Below the pieces are notes generated by a model, which saw only the letters and a list, made by a program, of their open reading frames with translations, did not search any database and was not told the origin of the DNA. Source: Macrostomum hystrix (taxonomy: Eukaryota; Animalia; Platyhelminthes). From it: DNA of 64,000 bases. Shown here piece by piece: positions 11,101 to 26,100 of this stretch. Where the stretch lies: NCBI GenBank assembly GCA_950097015.1, contig CATNEN010000001.1, forward strand, positions 14,818,001 to 14,882,000, given 5' to 3'. Each line of letters begins with the position of its first letter. Positions within the stretch are counted from its first letter, which is position 1. The translations under genes were made by a program, and so were the position numbers.

Positions 11101-14100
11101 CACTTATCGCACGACTAGCTTGAGAGACTTGTTTCACACACTTCCAGTTGCGCAGAACTTGCTTGACGACCGTCACCACAATTTGGCCCTCCTTGTGTCG
11201 GCACTCCTTGCTGCGCTTGAGCCCGTGGCAGCAGCATGTTCGGTGCTTGTGACTGCTTTGCCAGACGCACTCGCTGGATTTCTTATCAAGTACTTGGCGC
11301 TTGAATACTAACCGCTGGCGGCATGAGTGACGATCGCACTTGCCCACTGACAGCTTGCGGCGCGCGTGGCAACCTGTCAGGCATCGATAATAATAATAAT
11401 AACTGCAGGAGTACTGCGAACAATAGCGCATCGTTTGGTGACACTAGACCCGCAGCCAGCGAAGAGGCAATTCTGTCTATTTCGCTGACTCCCGAGTACA
11501 CACTCACACAGGTTTGTACATCTGCCCTGACTTTCTCAGCGTCAGGCAGTGTACACTCTCACTGTGCCTTGGAGTTTTGCCCTCGAGCAAACCTCCAAAC
11601 CGTATATTGCAGGAAAAGTCCACAAGTATTCTCTCCGTGGCTGCACCCTAATTTATTGTATCCTAGCCCCGCTCAGGGACCTTTGTGAGAGCAGCCAACG
11701 CGTTATCCGCTCTGCAACTCATCCCTTCCGTGAGGCATCGATTGATACAGTTAGAACTGATTGCTTCAGAATTTTATTAGCTCACCACATCGTCTTGTGT
11801 GCCTGACTACTCGCTTGTAGCACCGGCAGCTCTTCACGTACGGCTTTACAACGATAATGCTCAGACGGCCGCTGCGCTTATCGCAAATCCTTTGCTTTTG
11901 AACCCGGCCGCAGTGAACGCGTTCCCGGTGTCGTTTGACAACTACTCGGCGGCAATGACCGTTTAGGAGGCGCCGCTCAGTTACGATGGATACACGAACG
12001 AATCCCGCTAGGCAGGACAGTTTCTTAACTGGCCGAGCATCGCAGCCGCATAGATGACGCTGGATCCGTCGGCTGCGGTGGCACTTGCACCTGGAAATTG
12101 TTTTTGAACTTCTAGCTCATTTTGCGACGAGATTTATCGACACACTATTGCGATTATTCAGAGCTTCAGTGTACAACATATATAAATAAGTATATACTTT
12201 TACGAGATAAAAAACGCAACACAATAACTAAAGCATCGCTCACTTCGCAACTCGCCAGCTGGTGCAAACCTCCTTTTTGTAGAAATCGCCTTTCTTTCCA
12301 CGCTTACAATGTCCGACCTCACGAGTCTTCTTAGGACAGGTCACAGGTAACTTATTAACGCTACGCGTCACTCCACAGGCGCATTTCGAAAGTTTGTAAC
12401 TGACGCGGATAGTCAGCCAGATACGGCCGGTCTTTCCGCCGTGGCAGACGCGTTTCTCGCTGTCCTTCGGGCATCGGCAGCGGCAGCGACGCCGCTCTGT
12501 GTTCTTCAAGCATTTGCACTTTGACAATTTTTTGGTGTGAATAACAGTCAGACGGTAGCCTTCGTGATCGCAATTGTGACGTTTCACCTGACGACCGACT
12601 TTACAGGGCACCGGATGTACTTTTTGCTGCCGGTGAAGGACGCATTTAGCTTTCGGCCCTGGACTTACTAGGCGCCACTTAAGAATCGTTTTAATCCAGC
12701 TGCCATTGTTATGACATCGGGTTGAGTGCTTAGATTTCGGGCATCGACAGGGCGCTTTGGTACGGTGCGACAGTTGCCACACGCAGCGGCAGTGACGCGC
12801 GACCAAGTGGTAAAATTTGAAGGATTTCAGTCCGCTCGAGTGCTTGCACTGACCGGCTCGAATGCGAAGCTTTTTCGGACAACGGACAGCTTTGACGGTG
12901 GTTTTAAACTTCTTGACGCAGCTGTGACCGCTCTTTGCCATCCAGAATGTCCGCTTGACCAGACGGTTAGGTTCAACACATTTAACAATGTGCTTTTTAC
13001 CGCCATACTTGCGAAAGCAGTCGCAAATGCGATGCGTCACACGTTGGCTCTTGCGACAACGACAGTTCTTGGCTTTCAGGTAGACTCGTTTCACGGATTG
13101 AACGTAATCAGTCTTGGCTGTGCATTTCTTTGGTGAAACAATCCGCTGTACAAGCTGCGGATGCTTATGACAAGATAGGTGGCGCTTTTGAACTACGCGG
13201 CTTCGCTGACAGCTGTTTTTGTGCAGACGATAGGAAACACTAATTTTGAGTATTAGGTCGTCCCTGCGACACACGGTCCGATGGTACGGCTTAGGACAAC
13301 GGCAACGTCGCTTCCGCCTTTCCACAACGACCTTGATGCATTTCTTCACTAGCTTATTTGTTCCAGGGATCTTAACTCCCGTGTTTTTCAGGTGATATCC
13401 TAACCAGATGTCGTGAGCAAACCTGCGACCACACTTTCCTGGCTTGTGAATAAGAGTGTGCGGACAAGAGCATCTCTGCTTGCGAACAATGGTACGCTTC
13501 TGGCAATGGCAGGCGACGGCAAAGTGTCTGGTCTTGCGAATTTGGCGGAACCCATCCTTGCCGCACTTTGACACGCGATACTGAGGCTTTTTGCGGCCAC
13601 AGTGCACTCGGCGACTGCGGGTTACGCGCCGGCGATGACAACGATGATCTCGGAGTTCATAGCTGCTGGTGACGGCAACGATAAGGTGTCGCTTGGCGTC
13701 GCAGCTGTGCTTGGTAATGGGACCGGGGCAGCAGCAGCGAAGATTTTTGGTGGCGACTTTGTGAGCAACACAGCCACACTTAGCTAGCCGATAGGCATAC
13801 TGTTGGACAGTGAAAGAGCATTTGTGACACTTGCTCTTTTTAGAGAATTTGCCCGGACATGACAGATGCTCATCCCTAATATGCTGCTTTCCACGACAAT
13901 ATCCTTTTCCATGAACCGGCTGGTAGCTAGTAAGGATCTGACGACGAGTCTTGTCGTGAACGCATTGTTTGGTTCGATGCGATGGCCGACAGTGACAAAC
14001 GTGTTTATGCTTGCTTGCCAAACGCCAGGTGCATCCGCAGTGACCGTTGCTTTGACGACGCAGGACATGAGTGACTGAATATTTGTCGCCTTTGTGGTTC

Positions 14101-17100
14101 AACTTGCACGGGCTGCGCTTGTTCTTCACACCGGAGCAAACTAGCGGTTTGAAATGGCGAGGGATTTGAAGTCAGTTAATAATTATTTTCACACGTAAAA
14201 GGTGAAAATTATCACTTTGTCAAATATCTTGTTACAATGACGAAACAATATCTCACCAACTTTACGACTTCTATTGTGCACTCTCTTGACGCACTTGTGT
14301 CCTTTGCTGCGAAGAACGTAGTAAATCTTCTTATGAACAATTTCGCGACCCCTGCGACAGTGAACGGATCGACGAGTTTTGAAACGCTTGATGAGATGAC
14401 AGACGCATGGCACCCATTTGAAAGCGCGCTTTCGGTAGCACTTGCAACCCTTGCGGTAGTAGCTCTGCAGTAGCAGCTTCTGGTAGCCGCTATGCCGATG
14501 TCCGGCCTTTGTGACGCAGCTGCCGTGCACGATGCTTTTGGTGCGTCGATGACGGCAGTCTGAAGCGAAATTCCAGAAATAACTCTAGCAATTTGTTATT
14601 TATGCCCGTGCAAAAGACAAAAGACTACTTACGAACTGGTCGACTTATAGTTCTCTGCACCTTGACACACTTCTCGCCCCTCTGTCTGTAAGTCACAATG
14701 CGCGTAACGAAAGCTCCATGTTGGCAAACAGTCTTCTTGCTGTTCTTCTTCCAACAGTCGCACTCGGCAGTTCGTCTTCGTGTTACGCGTCTACAAGCAC
14801 ACTTTTTCTTATTTAACCGCCAGGACACGCGGCGAATTACGCGAAGACAATCGACACATTTGGAGCGTGACTCCACAGCCGCTGGGCAGGTGTGCAATCG
14901 ACTTCTACAGCGACGCTTCTTAATGCAACGCTGCTGTCGGAAGCGAAGGTGATAGGTCACGTGACATGTTTTCCAGGCGCCACAACCGTCGCACAGTGTG
15001 TAGCGTCTAGCCTTCGGACAGGCGCAAAGGAAAAGGCGTCGACTAACTTTCCGGTGGCACTTGTGGTTGCTCAGACTGAACTTGATGACGGTGCGCACTT
15101 TGTGCCGGTGAACGCAAGGGCCCCAGTGAACTCGTTTCGGAGGGCATTCTGTTGTATAGAAATAGTGTTTTTGGTCGTTTTTTATCTATTTCAAAGGTAA
15201 CAATAACAATAATCATGTTATGTATTTTTTCGAGGTAAAAGTATTTTCATACACATGTACAGGCATGGAACTCACTGCATCGACCGCGGAAAAGCTTTAC
15301 ACGACGCTTGCAGTGGCAGCCGACCCGATACCATGTGACGCGAGTCTTCTCCCAGCGTCCAGATCGGCGATGACAGACTTCGCGAGTGTTGCTACGCGGG
15401 CAGTTCACCTGCCGATGACGCTTTCTGGTTTTAGCGACAAGTTTCTTCTGGTGGGCCAGAACTTTCCCGTGACGATCTTTCAACAGCGGCACGGACGTTT
15501 TTAATCTGCGAGGAGCGAGTTTCATTAGTCTATAGGCATAGAATTTGCGTGCAATAATGACCCTTAATCACATTCTAATCGGCAGGAATTCAAAGCTTTT
15601 TATTTAAAATTAAACTGGACCCACCTGTAGTGAACAGTCTCAGTGACCCATTGGCCCGTTTTCTTCTGGCAGTAATGACGCCGTTTCGGCTTCGGCTTGC
15701 AGCACAATTGCAGCGCCGACTTGACGTAGAGTTTCTCTTGACAGTGTCTGATGTAACATTGTCGCACCGACACTGAGCGTTTGCAGTGCTTGTTGCAACC
15801 ACCAAATCGAACCTTGGCTTTGCCACCGTCTCTGAGGCACGCAACCGGAAGCTTTGTGACTTTCTTCACTTTGTGACATCCGTGCTGATGCTTGTGATTC
15901 GGACGATAACTAACGACGATCTTCACCCAGGTCTTGCCATCGATTGCACAATAAGAGCGCTTGTGACCTCGCTGACAATGACAGAATTTCCGAACGGTGC
16001 TACGCTTGCGTACACAGCCGCAGCCGCGTCTGATAGTCCACTTCACCGAGTACCGATTGTACCAGGCGTGGCGCAGCTTCAGGCCGCAGTGCCGCTTCGT
16101 GAGGCGATGCCGGCGATAGCGGCGCTCACAGCGGATGTGACGTCGCCAGCTTCTCGTTGTGCAGCTGCAGGTTGGAGCATCGTGCCGGCTGAAGCAGGAC
16201 TTACGAGTGTAGACCAGATCGCCAGATTTCGCGTCGCAACGCCGATTCATTGTGGATTTCTTCTCACAGTCTAAATTAGTCACGGTCCAATAATATTAAC
16301 TGGGTTAGGATGCGAAAACTGCAGCCCGAAATTCTACCCCAGTTAATGTTGGAACCCATTTTACAGCGGGGTAAACTGAAGCAGTAGGGAATCACGAAGT
16401 AAATGTCTCGCATCAATGACGCACTCATTTCCACGAGTTGAGACTCAAACTCCCGTCCTCGAAGTCAGAAAGTACAATTTTTTTCACTGCGTTCTAACCT
16501 CCCTTAAAGCTAAAATAAAGAATTCAGAACTCACTGCAAGCAAACACTCGAACCGAGGCGCTCCTGCGGCACTTGCAATTGTGCGGCCAGTGCTTCACCG
16601 TTGTTCGTCTGCGTTGACAGTTGTGACACTTGGACCAGCTGACAGTGCGAGCTTTGCAATGAATTGAACGATGCTTAACAGTCGTCTTGCGTTGGCACTC
16701 GTGCAGATGGATCCAGGCTTTTTGATACAAGCGTTTCACCGCGGTCAGATGCCAAGTCTGTGTCTTTGTTTCGATAACGGCGCCCTTGTGAGTACAACTG
16801 CGCTTTGTTATCGGCTTTGGACAGCGACAGGGCTCAGTGTACCTGGAATTGGGTTTCATTAGAATAATTATTTTGAAGCTTTATGAATGAAGATGACATA
16901 TGTTGAACATCCGTGTCTGCAAAGCCAGACACTAATGCAAGCCAGAGAGAAGATGCTTGCTTACCAAAGACGTTTTTGCTTCAAGCAGTGTCGTTGAGCT
17001 AGCTTCTTGTGTGGATGCGACAACCTGTACGTGATTTTATAGATGTGTCTCTTCTCCTTTTTCTTTGTGCACTTCTCCTTGATAATGCGAGGTGGTCGGC

Positions 17101-20100
17101 ACCGACAAAGCAGGCGGCGAATTCGTCGTTCTCGACGACATCGACACGCAACTCGACGATAGCGCACGATCACGGCCTTCTGATGTCGAGTGTTCGGGTC
17201 GCACTTGTATAGGCGACTCCAGCCGCCCTGACACACTACTTTATGGGACACAGTTCTGCGTTGCTTTAGACACTTGCCATCTGTGAGTCGCCAGAATACC
17301 CTGATCTTCTGGATGAGACCCCTGGCAGCTTTGCAAACCTTGCGGCTCTTCGGTCTAGGACAGCAGCACTTCTTCGTGCGAGTGAGTCGCTTCACAAGAG
17401 TGCACTTGCAGTCCTTCACTTGGTACCGCAAAATCACTCGGCGTTTCTTGCAGTCCTTATCGCAGTCTCCAATGCGAACTCTGGTGTGCCTGCACCCAAC
17501 GGTAACACGAATCTTTTTCACCTTCTTCAAGCAGCGACCCTTTGTCAGCTTGTGCCTAGTCAGCACTGTAATCCACTTGTTTCCATGGCAACGCTTGACC
17601 TTGGTAGGCTTCGGACAGCAACAGGCTATCGAATGAGCTCGAGTGATTCGCTGGCAGCGGCACTTGTGTATCTTGTACCGGTGATAAAACACTTTCCCGT
17701 GACAATCCGGCCTACCATGGCACTTGGTGACGCGCCAGTGCCGCTTTGAGCACACCACGGGGCTGACGACTCGCTTGACTTGCTTGATGCACCGATTTTC
17801 GTGCAGAGATATGCGCCAACTAGTCCTGATGTGAATCTTGTGACTATCGCCTTTGCAGAATTTTCTGCTGTGACTCTTTGGACAGTCTGCAAAAGTTAAA
17901 GTTTAAATTATAATTTCTGGTGCACTTTCACGTAAAAAGTACCAAAGCTTCAACCACTAGGCTGTAACTTGGCTGTGAAAATAATGAAAAAAACGAAAGC
18001 GAAACTCACGGCAAATGATCTTCCGCCTCACGGCGCGACTGCTGCAGTTGCATTTGTGTCTTACAGGCTCATGCGACACGCACACCTTGATGCGGTAGCC
18101 AGAGTGCTTGTCGCATTTGCTGATTCTGCAGTTGGACTTTCTGCAGACTGAAATATAGTATTTAGCATGTTAAATTAGAAGTCCGTAGGGTGGCAAGTTT
18201 TGCGAGAGCCTCTATCAAAGTCGGGGATTCATTTCTGGAGCATTGATACTAGCTAGGTTTCTAAATGCGTAGCTACTAAATTGGCAACTAAGTCACAGCT
18301 CTATAGCCAGTAAATAGCGTCTGTCTCTCGCACAGAGGTCCCTGAGCTCGAATCCGCAGCGAGGCTAAATTCATTTAAAGTGCAGCCGCCATAAGAATGC
18401 ATGGGGACTTATTGCAAGGTTTTCGACCTTTTTGTAAAAAATGCCTGGTTATAAAAAAGTCAGGGCAGATTTGCCTGTGTGAGTTGGTGATTAAAAATAA
18501 ATCTCTGTTTATGTGTGCTCAGGAGTCAGGGGAGTGAGCAGAATTGGATACGGATCAACTACGGATCGGCTACGGATCAACTGCCACGAAATGATGAAGC
18601 AATGTCCACAGACCTCGGCCGAATTTTATTACTAGGCCCCTAATAGGACACTCAACCAAATGTTTGTTACAACCTGCTTTTGCTAACCACTAAGCCTTTA
18701 ATGAGCAGCTCGCAAGAAACACACCTAGTCTTTTGACAAGCTCCACTTTCTTCCTTCGCACACAGGCCTTCCTGGAGGCAACGAACACGGTCCATCCGGT
18801 CTCCCGTTTGATCGCTCCGCTGTGCCGATCGCAGAACACCCGGCTGGAAGGATTGCGCTTGCAGCAGCAGCGAATTCGTGTAGTTCGCCGGTGCTTGCGA
18901 CACTTGAAAGTGGCGTCGTGGCCGTGGGAGGTGTACCAGGTCTTAATAACGGATTTGTGACAGCTGGCTTTATTGCATTTCGTGCGCTTTATGTGCGCGT
19001 TCGGGCAGCCTGAATGAGGATTTAAAATAAATACAAATGTGATAAAAGTGATAAAATGTTGATTTTACATTGAGGGCATGAGGCAACAAAATACTCACTG
19101 CACAGCAGTCGATGTGCGATACGTCGATACACTTGGCACCGGCAGTGCTTCGGTCGACGCAGCACCTTGCGAATTGTGCGATGCCGAGTCTTTAGATTGC
19201 ATGCGCTCCGATTAACAGTGCTGTGACACTTGCGCAAGCGGTGCAGCAACTTCTTCACTACTCGTGTTTTGCAAGTGTAGCTGTGATGATCCAGAATGCG
19301 CAGTTTGCTGTACTTCACCAGATCGCAGTCGTGCTCGCAACGAGTTTTCGACCTGACCTCAGGCCGACAGCAACAAGTTCGATGAGTGATTCGCCGATGT
19401 ACTACGCATTGGCAGCCTTTAATGCGACGCACTTTGTGAGTTATCTGACGCTTGCATGTGTGACGGTTGCAAGTGTGCACTCGAGTAGTGACTTTCTGTG
19501 AACAAGTAATTCGGCGACGATTATAGCTGATGCGTTTCACGCACTGGCCGTGAGTCAGGTGCCAGGAAATCTTGCGTCGCACCCACTCGTGCTTAGACTT
19601 GTCGCAGTACACTGGCAGATACTTAGCAGGCGGACAGCAGCAGATGTGGCTGCTGCGGCGCACTTGACGATGACACCTGCACTGGTGGACGTAAAAGCTA
19701 ATGTGTTTGACAACTCGTCGACATGTGCGCTTGTTGCATGATCCAACGTCCTTGCGCTTGGACTGACAATGGACAGGTGATCGGACTGTGCGACGCTTTC
19801 GCACGCAAACGTGTCGCGACGCGTTGAAGACGTAGGCGATTTTAGTGGAGACCCAGGCCGCTGTAGCCGAATCGCAGTGCTTAGTTCGCTTAGGTCTTTG
19901 AAGACAGCAGCAGGTTCGGTGGTGGCGCTTCACTACCACGCGGTGGCAGCGGCAGTGAGGTTGGTCTATTCGTGTTACAAGGGTGTGCAGCGGCTGTCGG
20001 CAGGTGGATCGATCGCATCTGGAAGTACGATGGTTCTCAGAAATGAGAAAATGTTTAAAAGCAGAGATCGAAATTAATTATCTTTTGATAATGATTATTA

Positions 20101-23100
20101 GTCGATCCTGACACCCACTCACTTTCCGATAACGGTCTTTGGCTTTGCATGGCACCTCCAATGCCGCACGAGGCGCAGATGAGTGACGCGCACGCAGCGC
20201 CATTGTTTGAGGTGCAGGCGCGAAGTTTTCGCATAGATTGCACTGTGCCGACAGAAGCGTCGACGCTTGGTCTTGTCGGGACAGCAGCAGACGCGTTGTT
20301 TCCCAGTGAACTTGCTGACTTTCTGACAGCGGCATCCACGGACAATGTAGCTAATCTCGCGTTGTCGACTCAGGCAAGACTTTTTCCGATCGCAGGCAAG
20401 CCAGATCAGCTGGCGATGCTTGGTGCATTCCACCCGGTCGGTCACACGCCGAAGCCATTTCTTGCAGCCGCATTTCTTGCCGCGTAGAACACGGTAACCA
20501 ACGGTGGCTTGCTGCCATGCGGTGCCTGATTTGACGCAGCGTTTTTTATGCCGCACAGTCTTCGAACAGCAGCATGGACAGGCGCGTCGCTTCACGACCG
20601 CGTAGTAACATGAGCAGCGCTTCTTGTCCAGTTTCTGCTTCATCGTGTAAATGTAGCGCTTTCGGCAGCCGGTTTTGTAGCATGGCGTGTACCGGTGCTT
20701 AATATCGCTTCGACAAGCAACGCGTCTCAGTTGTCGCTTCACCCGCTTGTAGCATCGACCGTGACGCAGAGCAAATGTCAATGTCTCGGTCACCCAGGCT
20801 CCGGCGTGGCAGAAATGCCTTCGACTGCCGGCCGGACAACGACAGCGCAGCCGACGAGTCACGTGACGAACTGTCCGGCATTGCTTCTTAGCTGAGTCCC
20901 AGCGTCTAATCTTGGTAACAATTCTACGCGTGTAGCCTCGCTTCGGACACTTGTAGCGACGAGTGATTGACTTGCAATCTGCGGGAAATTCATGATGCCA
21001 TTTTACACGCTGTTTGCATCTGCGGTGCTTTCGGAATTTTATTATTTTAATGACTCTTTAGAAATGCGTAGAAAAGTGAGGCACAAACTTACGGCAATTT
21101 CGTTTCTTTTTGATGCTTCGCTTCAAACACTTGCAACCTTTACGAATATGGTAGACCTTGGTCTCAACATAGAACTTGTTCCCAATGCACTTCGTGACGC
21201 TGTAGTGAGTCTTTTGACTGCAAGCTGTCAATTTTAATATGGGTTGCAATTCAAACATCAAATGACCAATGAATAAATGTGCCACGAATAAAAGCAGACA
21301 AATTCTCTACTTACAGACACGGTGACTCTTTTTAGTTGTCCGCTTAATGCACCGCTCCTTCTTATGGCTCCATCGTTGAGTGGTCAGCTCGGAGACCACC
21401 AATCCTTCGTCTTTGCGGCAGTATCGTTTCCGACTGGGTTCGGTGTGCGGACAGCCGCATTTTCGTGACTTCTTTTTCACAGCCCTGACACAGGAGCAGT
21501 TTCGCTTCACTGAGTAGTGCGTCACTGTGATTTGAATGCGCCTGCGTTCATCACAAGCGTGCTTCTGTGTGTAGGGCGCCGGGCAGGTGTAGCTTCTGTA
21601 ACGAGTTTTGCTTTTGCGAACGCAATGACCTTTCTTTAACACGTAGCGATAAGTGACTGTCGCTTTACGGTTGCTCGAATGATCGCAGAACTGCCTGCGA
21701 TGATGCTTGGCCGCATGGTTCTCGTGATCGCAGTCTGCGGGAATGAGTTTTAGAAATGGCTAATCAGGTTAGTAGTTTTTCCGGCATTAGAACACCTTGA
21801 TGCGATATAAGAGACAGTTATTATGATTATTTGCTCGACCTAGTAATAAATTTGATAGACTAAGAAACTTACAATAAAAATAATTGCAGGAGGGCTGTGG
21901 GCAATGGTACATCATTTAGTGACACTAGACCCGCAGCCAACCAGGAGGCAATTCGTCAGTGTGTCCCATTTCGCTGACTCCTGAGCACACACGCACACAG
22001 ATGCTGTACGCAGGCACACGCTCACACAGGTGTGTACATCTGCCCTGACTTTCTAATCGTCAGGCAGTGTATACTTTACTGGGCCTTGGAGGTTGGTCCT
22101 CAAGGGCGTAAATTGCCCCCAAGCCTTCTCTCCGCGGCTGCGCCCCAAATGAATGTGGCCTCGCCGCGGAATCGAACTTAGGGACCTTGGCGCGAGAGGC
22201 AAACGCGTTAACCGGTCTGCCACCGACCCCCCGACTAAGAAACTTACTGCATCGCAGGCGATTGTGCAGAGACCACACTCGCGCGCAGTGACAGCCCTTT
22301 GGCTTCAACACGCCAATGTAGATGGACTTCACGCCCGATTTGGCGCGACAAACATACTTTCGCCGGACGCTATGCGAACAATGCACGCGAGTGACCTTGA
22401 TGCGGTGTCGTTTAATGCACTTTCCTGACTTCAACAACCAGAAGGTTGTGCGCTGGATGTAGGCGTTTCTTTCGCTGTCACACTGACGCTTGCCAACCAC
22501 CGGTTTAGGACACTCTGGAAACATTGTTATTGGAGGCTTTAACAGGTATTTCAGAACCAGAACCTCCAAAAGCTATTAATATCCTTTTGAACCAATATGG
22601 ATTTGCCATATAGGTTTACACTGAGCAATGTTAATTGTCCTTGTCTCCAGGACCTTCGACAAGAATCGCTGAACACCTCGACGATGCGGAATCGGAAAGC
22701 TTTAAAAGTTCATCCTAAAGGTTGAAAAATTTGATAGAGATGGTGGACTTTCACGAAAATCGGTCATTCGGTTTGTGAGATGTCGTGAAGTAGGCAGTGT
22801 GTATTTGAAATTAATGGTCTTTCCGCAGGGGGAAAATAACGTGCCTTTCTACTGCTAATGAAGACTGATAACATAAAAACAAGTTTCTTTTTTAGAAAAA
22901 TGTATAATAACGAGTTGTCCAGGGATTCTTGTACTCACTGCAACGCAGATGTTTAACTCTCTTCCTTTGTACACACTTGCAACCCTTGCGCTTCCATCTG
23001 GTTACAGTGGTCGTGAGCACTCCTGACTTGCCGTCGCAGTGCCTCTGATGCTCCGCCCTGCGACAGTGCACCGGTGATCGGGACTCCCTGACGCGTTGAA

Positions 23101-26100
23101 TACAGGTGCGGCAACCGTGTAGCTTCCAGCTGACGTGTCGAGTGACCCACTCGCCCGTGTGAACATTGCAGTGTCGGCTCTTTTTCGATGGTTGACAATG
23201 TTTTCGACATTTGCGCCTGACAACGGTTTTTGAGCAGCGGCAGTTTCGGACATGCCAGTGGTAGGTGGCCAAGTAGTAGTATCCGGACTTCGGATGAGGC
23301 AGCCGTTTTGTTACAGACTTGCCCTGCAGATTGTGCGGACATCTGACCCTAACCTTGGAGATGCGGCTCAGTCTCTGGCACTCGCGCTGGTCCTTGCTGA
23401 GCTGCGTGTAAGTCACCCGGCGCATCGAATACTTCTGTGAGCGGCACCAGCGTTTAACTCGACGTTTACCCGGACAGCAGCATCGGAACTGCTGTCGCTT
23501 GAACACCTTGAAATAAATAGCGCAACATTAAAGAGCTCAAATATTTCGTTCCGCAAGTCTGGACAATAATTTGGGAAATTAATTTTACCTTGGCGTGACA
23601 ATGTTGGTCTTTGTGGCGCCCTTCTCCCTTCCGCTTGGCAAAGTAAAAGTAGGTCTTCGTATAGTGACACTCTGGGCCGCAGTGCTTGCCTCCGCTGCAG
23701 CCAGTCTTTGGACACTCGGTGGTCTTCACGAAGCTACCCCGACGGCAGCCGCACAGCTCCTTGACGGTGCGCCGGACTCGGACGCAGCTGCAGCTGCCCG
23801 GTTTTTTGCGATAGAATTCAAAGCGCACCTTGCGGAATCGAGATATGCCACGACGACCGATGTGACTGCAGGGACCGACATGACGCAACACGCCATGCTT
23901 GCAATCTGGACGGTGGATCAAGGATGAACGGTGTTATCGTTTTATAGTCTGATCTGAAAATAAAATCTGTGTGAAAAATGTTTGACTCACGAAGCCGAGC
24001 AACTTTTCTAGTCCGTCTCTTAATGCAATCGTCGCCTTTTAGAATGTACCAAACCTTGGTCGAGATCTTGGAGCCCGTGACATGGTCGCAGCGCACGCTT
24101 CTGCTTGCCTTCGGACAGGCGACGCGGAACTTTCGAGTGAAGACCTTTCGATGGCATTGGTGCTTCTCGAGTCTGTACTGAACTCGAATTAGCTTCTTCC
24201 AGTAGCGGTCCAGCCGAACTGTTTTCTTGTAGCCAGATGGACAACCTTTGAATGGGAATGATGACAAATACACATTCAATGCCATTATCTATTTCAATTT
24301 AGATAAAAAAACTACTTACAACACTTTCCAATATGTCGCTTAGCAATCTTCTTGACACACTTGCATTCTTCGAGTTTGTGATACGTTGAAACTTTCACTG
24401 CGCTGCAGGTATTTTTATTGCAGACTATTCTTGCCCGGTGATTGCGAGAGCACTTGACCTTTTGCTTGTCCTTTCGCTCCCAGCGGACGCATTTTAGGTC
24501 TTTCAAACGCAGACCGGACGTAATCGTGATCTGATATTCGCCAGAAATCGAGCAAAGCCGCTTTGAGCGCCGCTTCTTGCTGCAGGAACACCGAAGCTTT
24601 TGAACCTTCTCTAGGCGGAGCCGGCACTTGCAGTGACTGGCGTACCTCACGAACACTTTACGCTTCCTGTACTTGCTACCCGGATGGCACTTGCCCAGAA
24701 CTGTACTCTGACCAGAACAGTCTGGCAATTGTTGGTTGACATGATCATACTTAGGATTGGGAAAACGAAAACATGCTAATGGCATTACCAAAAAGTTATT
24801 TTTTTGTTACACCACGCAGGGAGAGGCGCCACACCCACCCTAAACTAACCGAGCTACTGCTGGAGATCATTTAACAGCTAGTTAGACTAAAGTAATATAA
24901 AGCTGTGCGTCTTTAAAGGACAAAACTTTCTCAATATTCGAATCCCTGACCTTCGATTAGTGAGTCCGCTTAAATTAATGAGATGTCGAGAAAAAACTCA
25001 CGAATCTTTTTAATAACTGTTCGCCGAGTTATTCTAACACACTTTGAGCAGTGCTTAGCCGGCTGGAATACCTTCGTGACTTTGATCAGGACGCTATGCC
25101 TCTCGCACTTTTTGTAGCTGACCGCCTTCTCGTAGCCCGGAGGTGGGCAATGGCATTTTCTGCTGACGCTGACAACTCTCTGAAGGCAGCGGTGCAGGCC
25201 GTGACGCTCTCGGCGCTGCTCAGTCCGCTTGCCAGAGCGAATGCCGGTGCAGTAGTTGCAGTAGTGGAACACTGTCTTAGCTTTGTCCGGACAAGCTGCG
25301 GAGAAAGTCACCCAATGAACTCGAATAAATTGTCTTTGATTTCGAATAAAAAACTGACCAGAATGTGTGCTTACATCCGCATGGCTCATAGTGCCGCAGG
25401 GTGCTCTTGACACATCTACCGTGCGGTCCCGGCAGCCAACGAATCGACGTCACTGAGCGGTTCTTGTAGCGACTGGAGCACTTGGAGACGACTCGACGAT
25501 TTGCTGGACAACCTGGCGAGACATCGAAGACGAGAAAGAAATAATAGACAGCTGCGATTGTTTATATTGATTTAATTGAGGAGGGCTGTGGGCGCAAGTG
25601 TACATCTGCCCCTGAGTTTCTTCTGATTGGTGTAAATTTTACGACTAGCCTCCGAGCCTTCTCTCCGCGGCTGCGCCTCAAATGAATGCGGCCTCGCTGC
25701 AGATTCGAGCTTTGCTACTTATCCTCTAGGATAAGGGAGTGAGTTGCAGAGCGGTTAACGTGTTCGCCAGAGCTCGATTCTTCGGTGAGGCCACATTAAA
25801 TTGGGGCGCAGCCGCGGAGAGAAGGCTTGGGGGTTTTCGTGAAATTTACGCCCTTGAGGGCCAACCTCCAAGGCACAGTGAAAGTGTACACTGCCTGACG
25901 ATGAGAAAGTCAGGGCAGATGTACACACCTGTATGAGTGTATGCCTGCGTACAGTATCTGTATGCGTGTGTGCTCAGGAGTCAGCGAAACGGGCAGAATT
26001 GCCTCCTCGCTGGCTGCAGGTCTTACTTACTTTGCAGGGGGCCTGGGGCACTTGACGCACAAACACAGAACGGCATGCCCCCAGGCCGGCGAACTAGGCG

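Noticed and set aside
22195-22232. tRNA genes at SINE heads (also near 26540-26600 and 27320-27390)
   Set aside because: Only A/B-box-like heads fused to repeat bodies, tails and TSDs; no complete cloverleaf.
5320-25410. Numerous plus-strand Ala/Val-rich ORFs
   Set aside because: Antisense shadows of the Cys/Arg/Lys-rich exons, with no motifs or independent splice structure.
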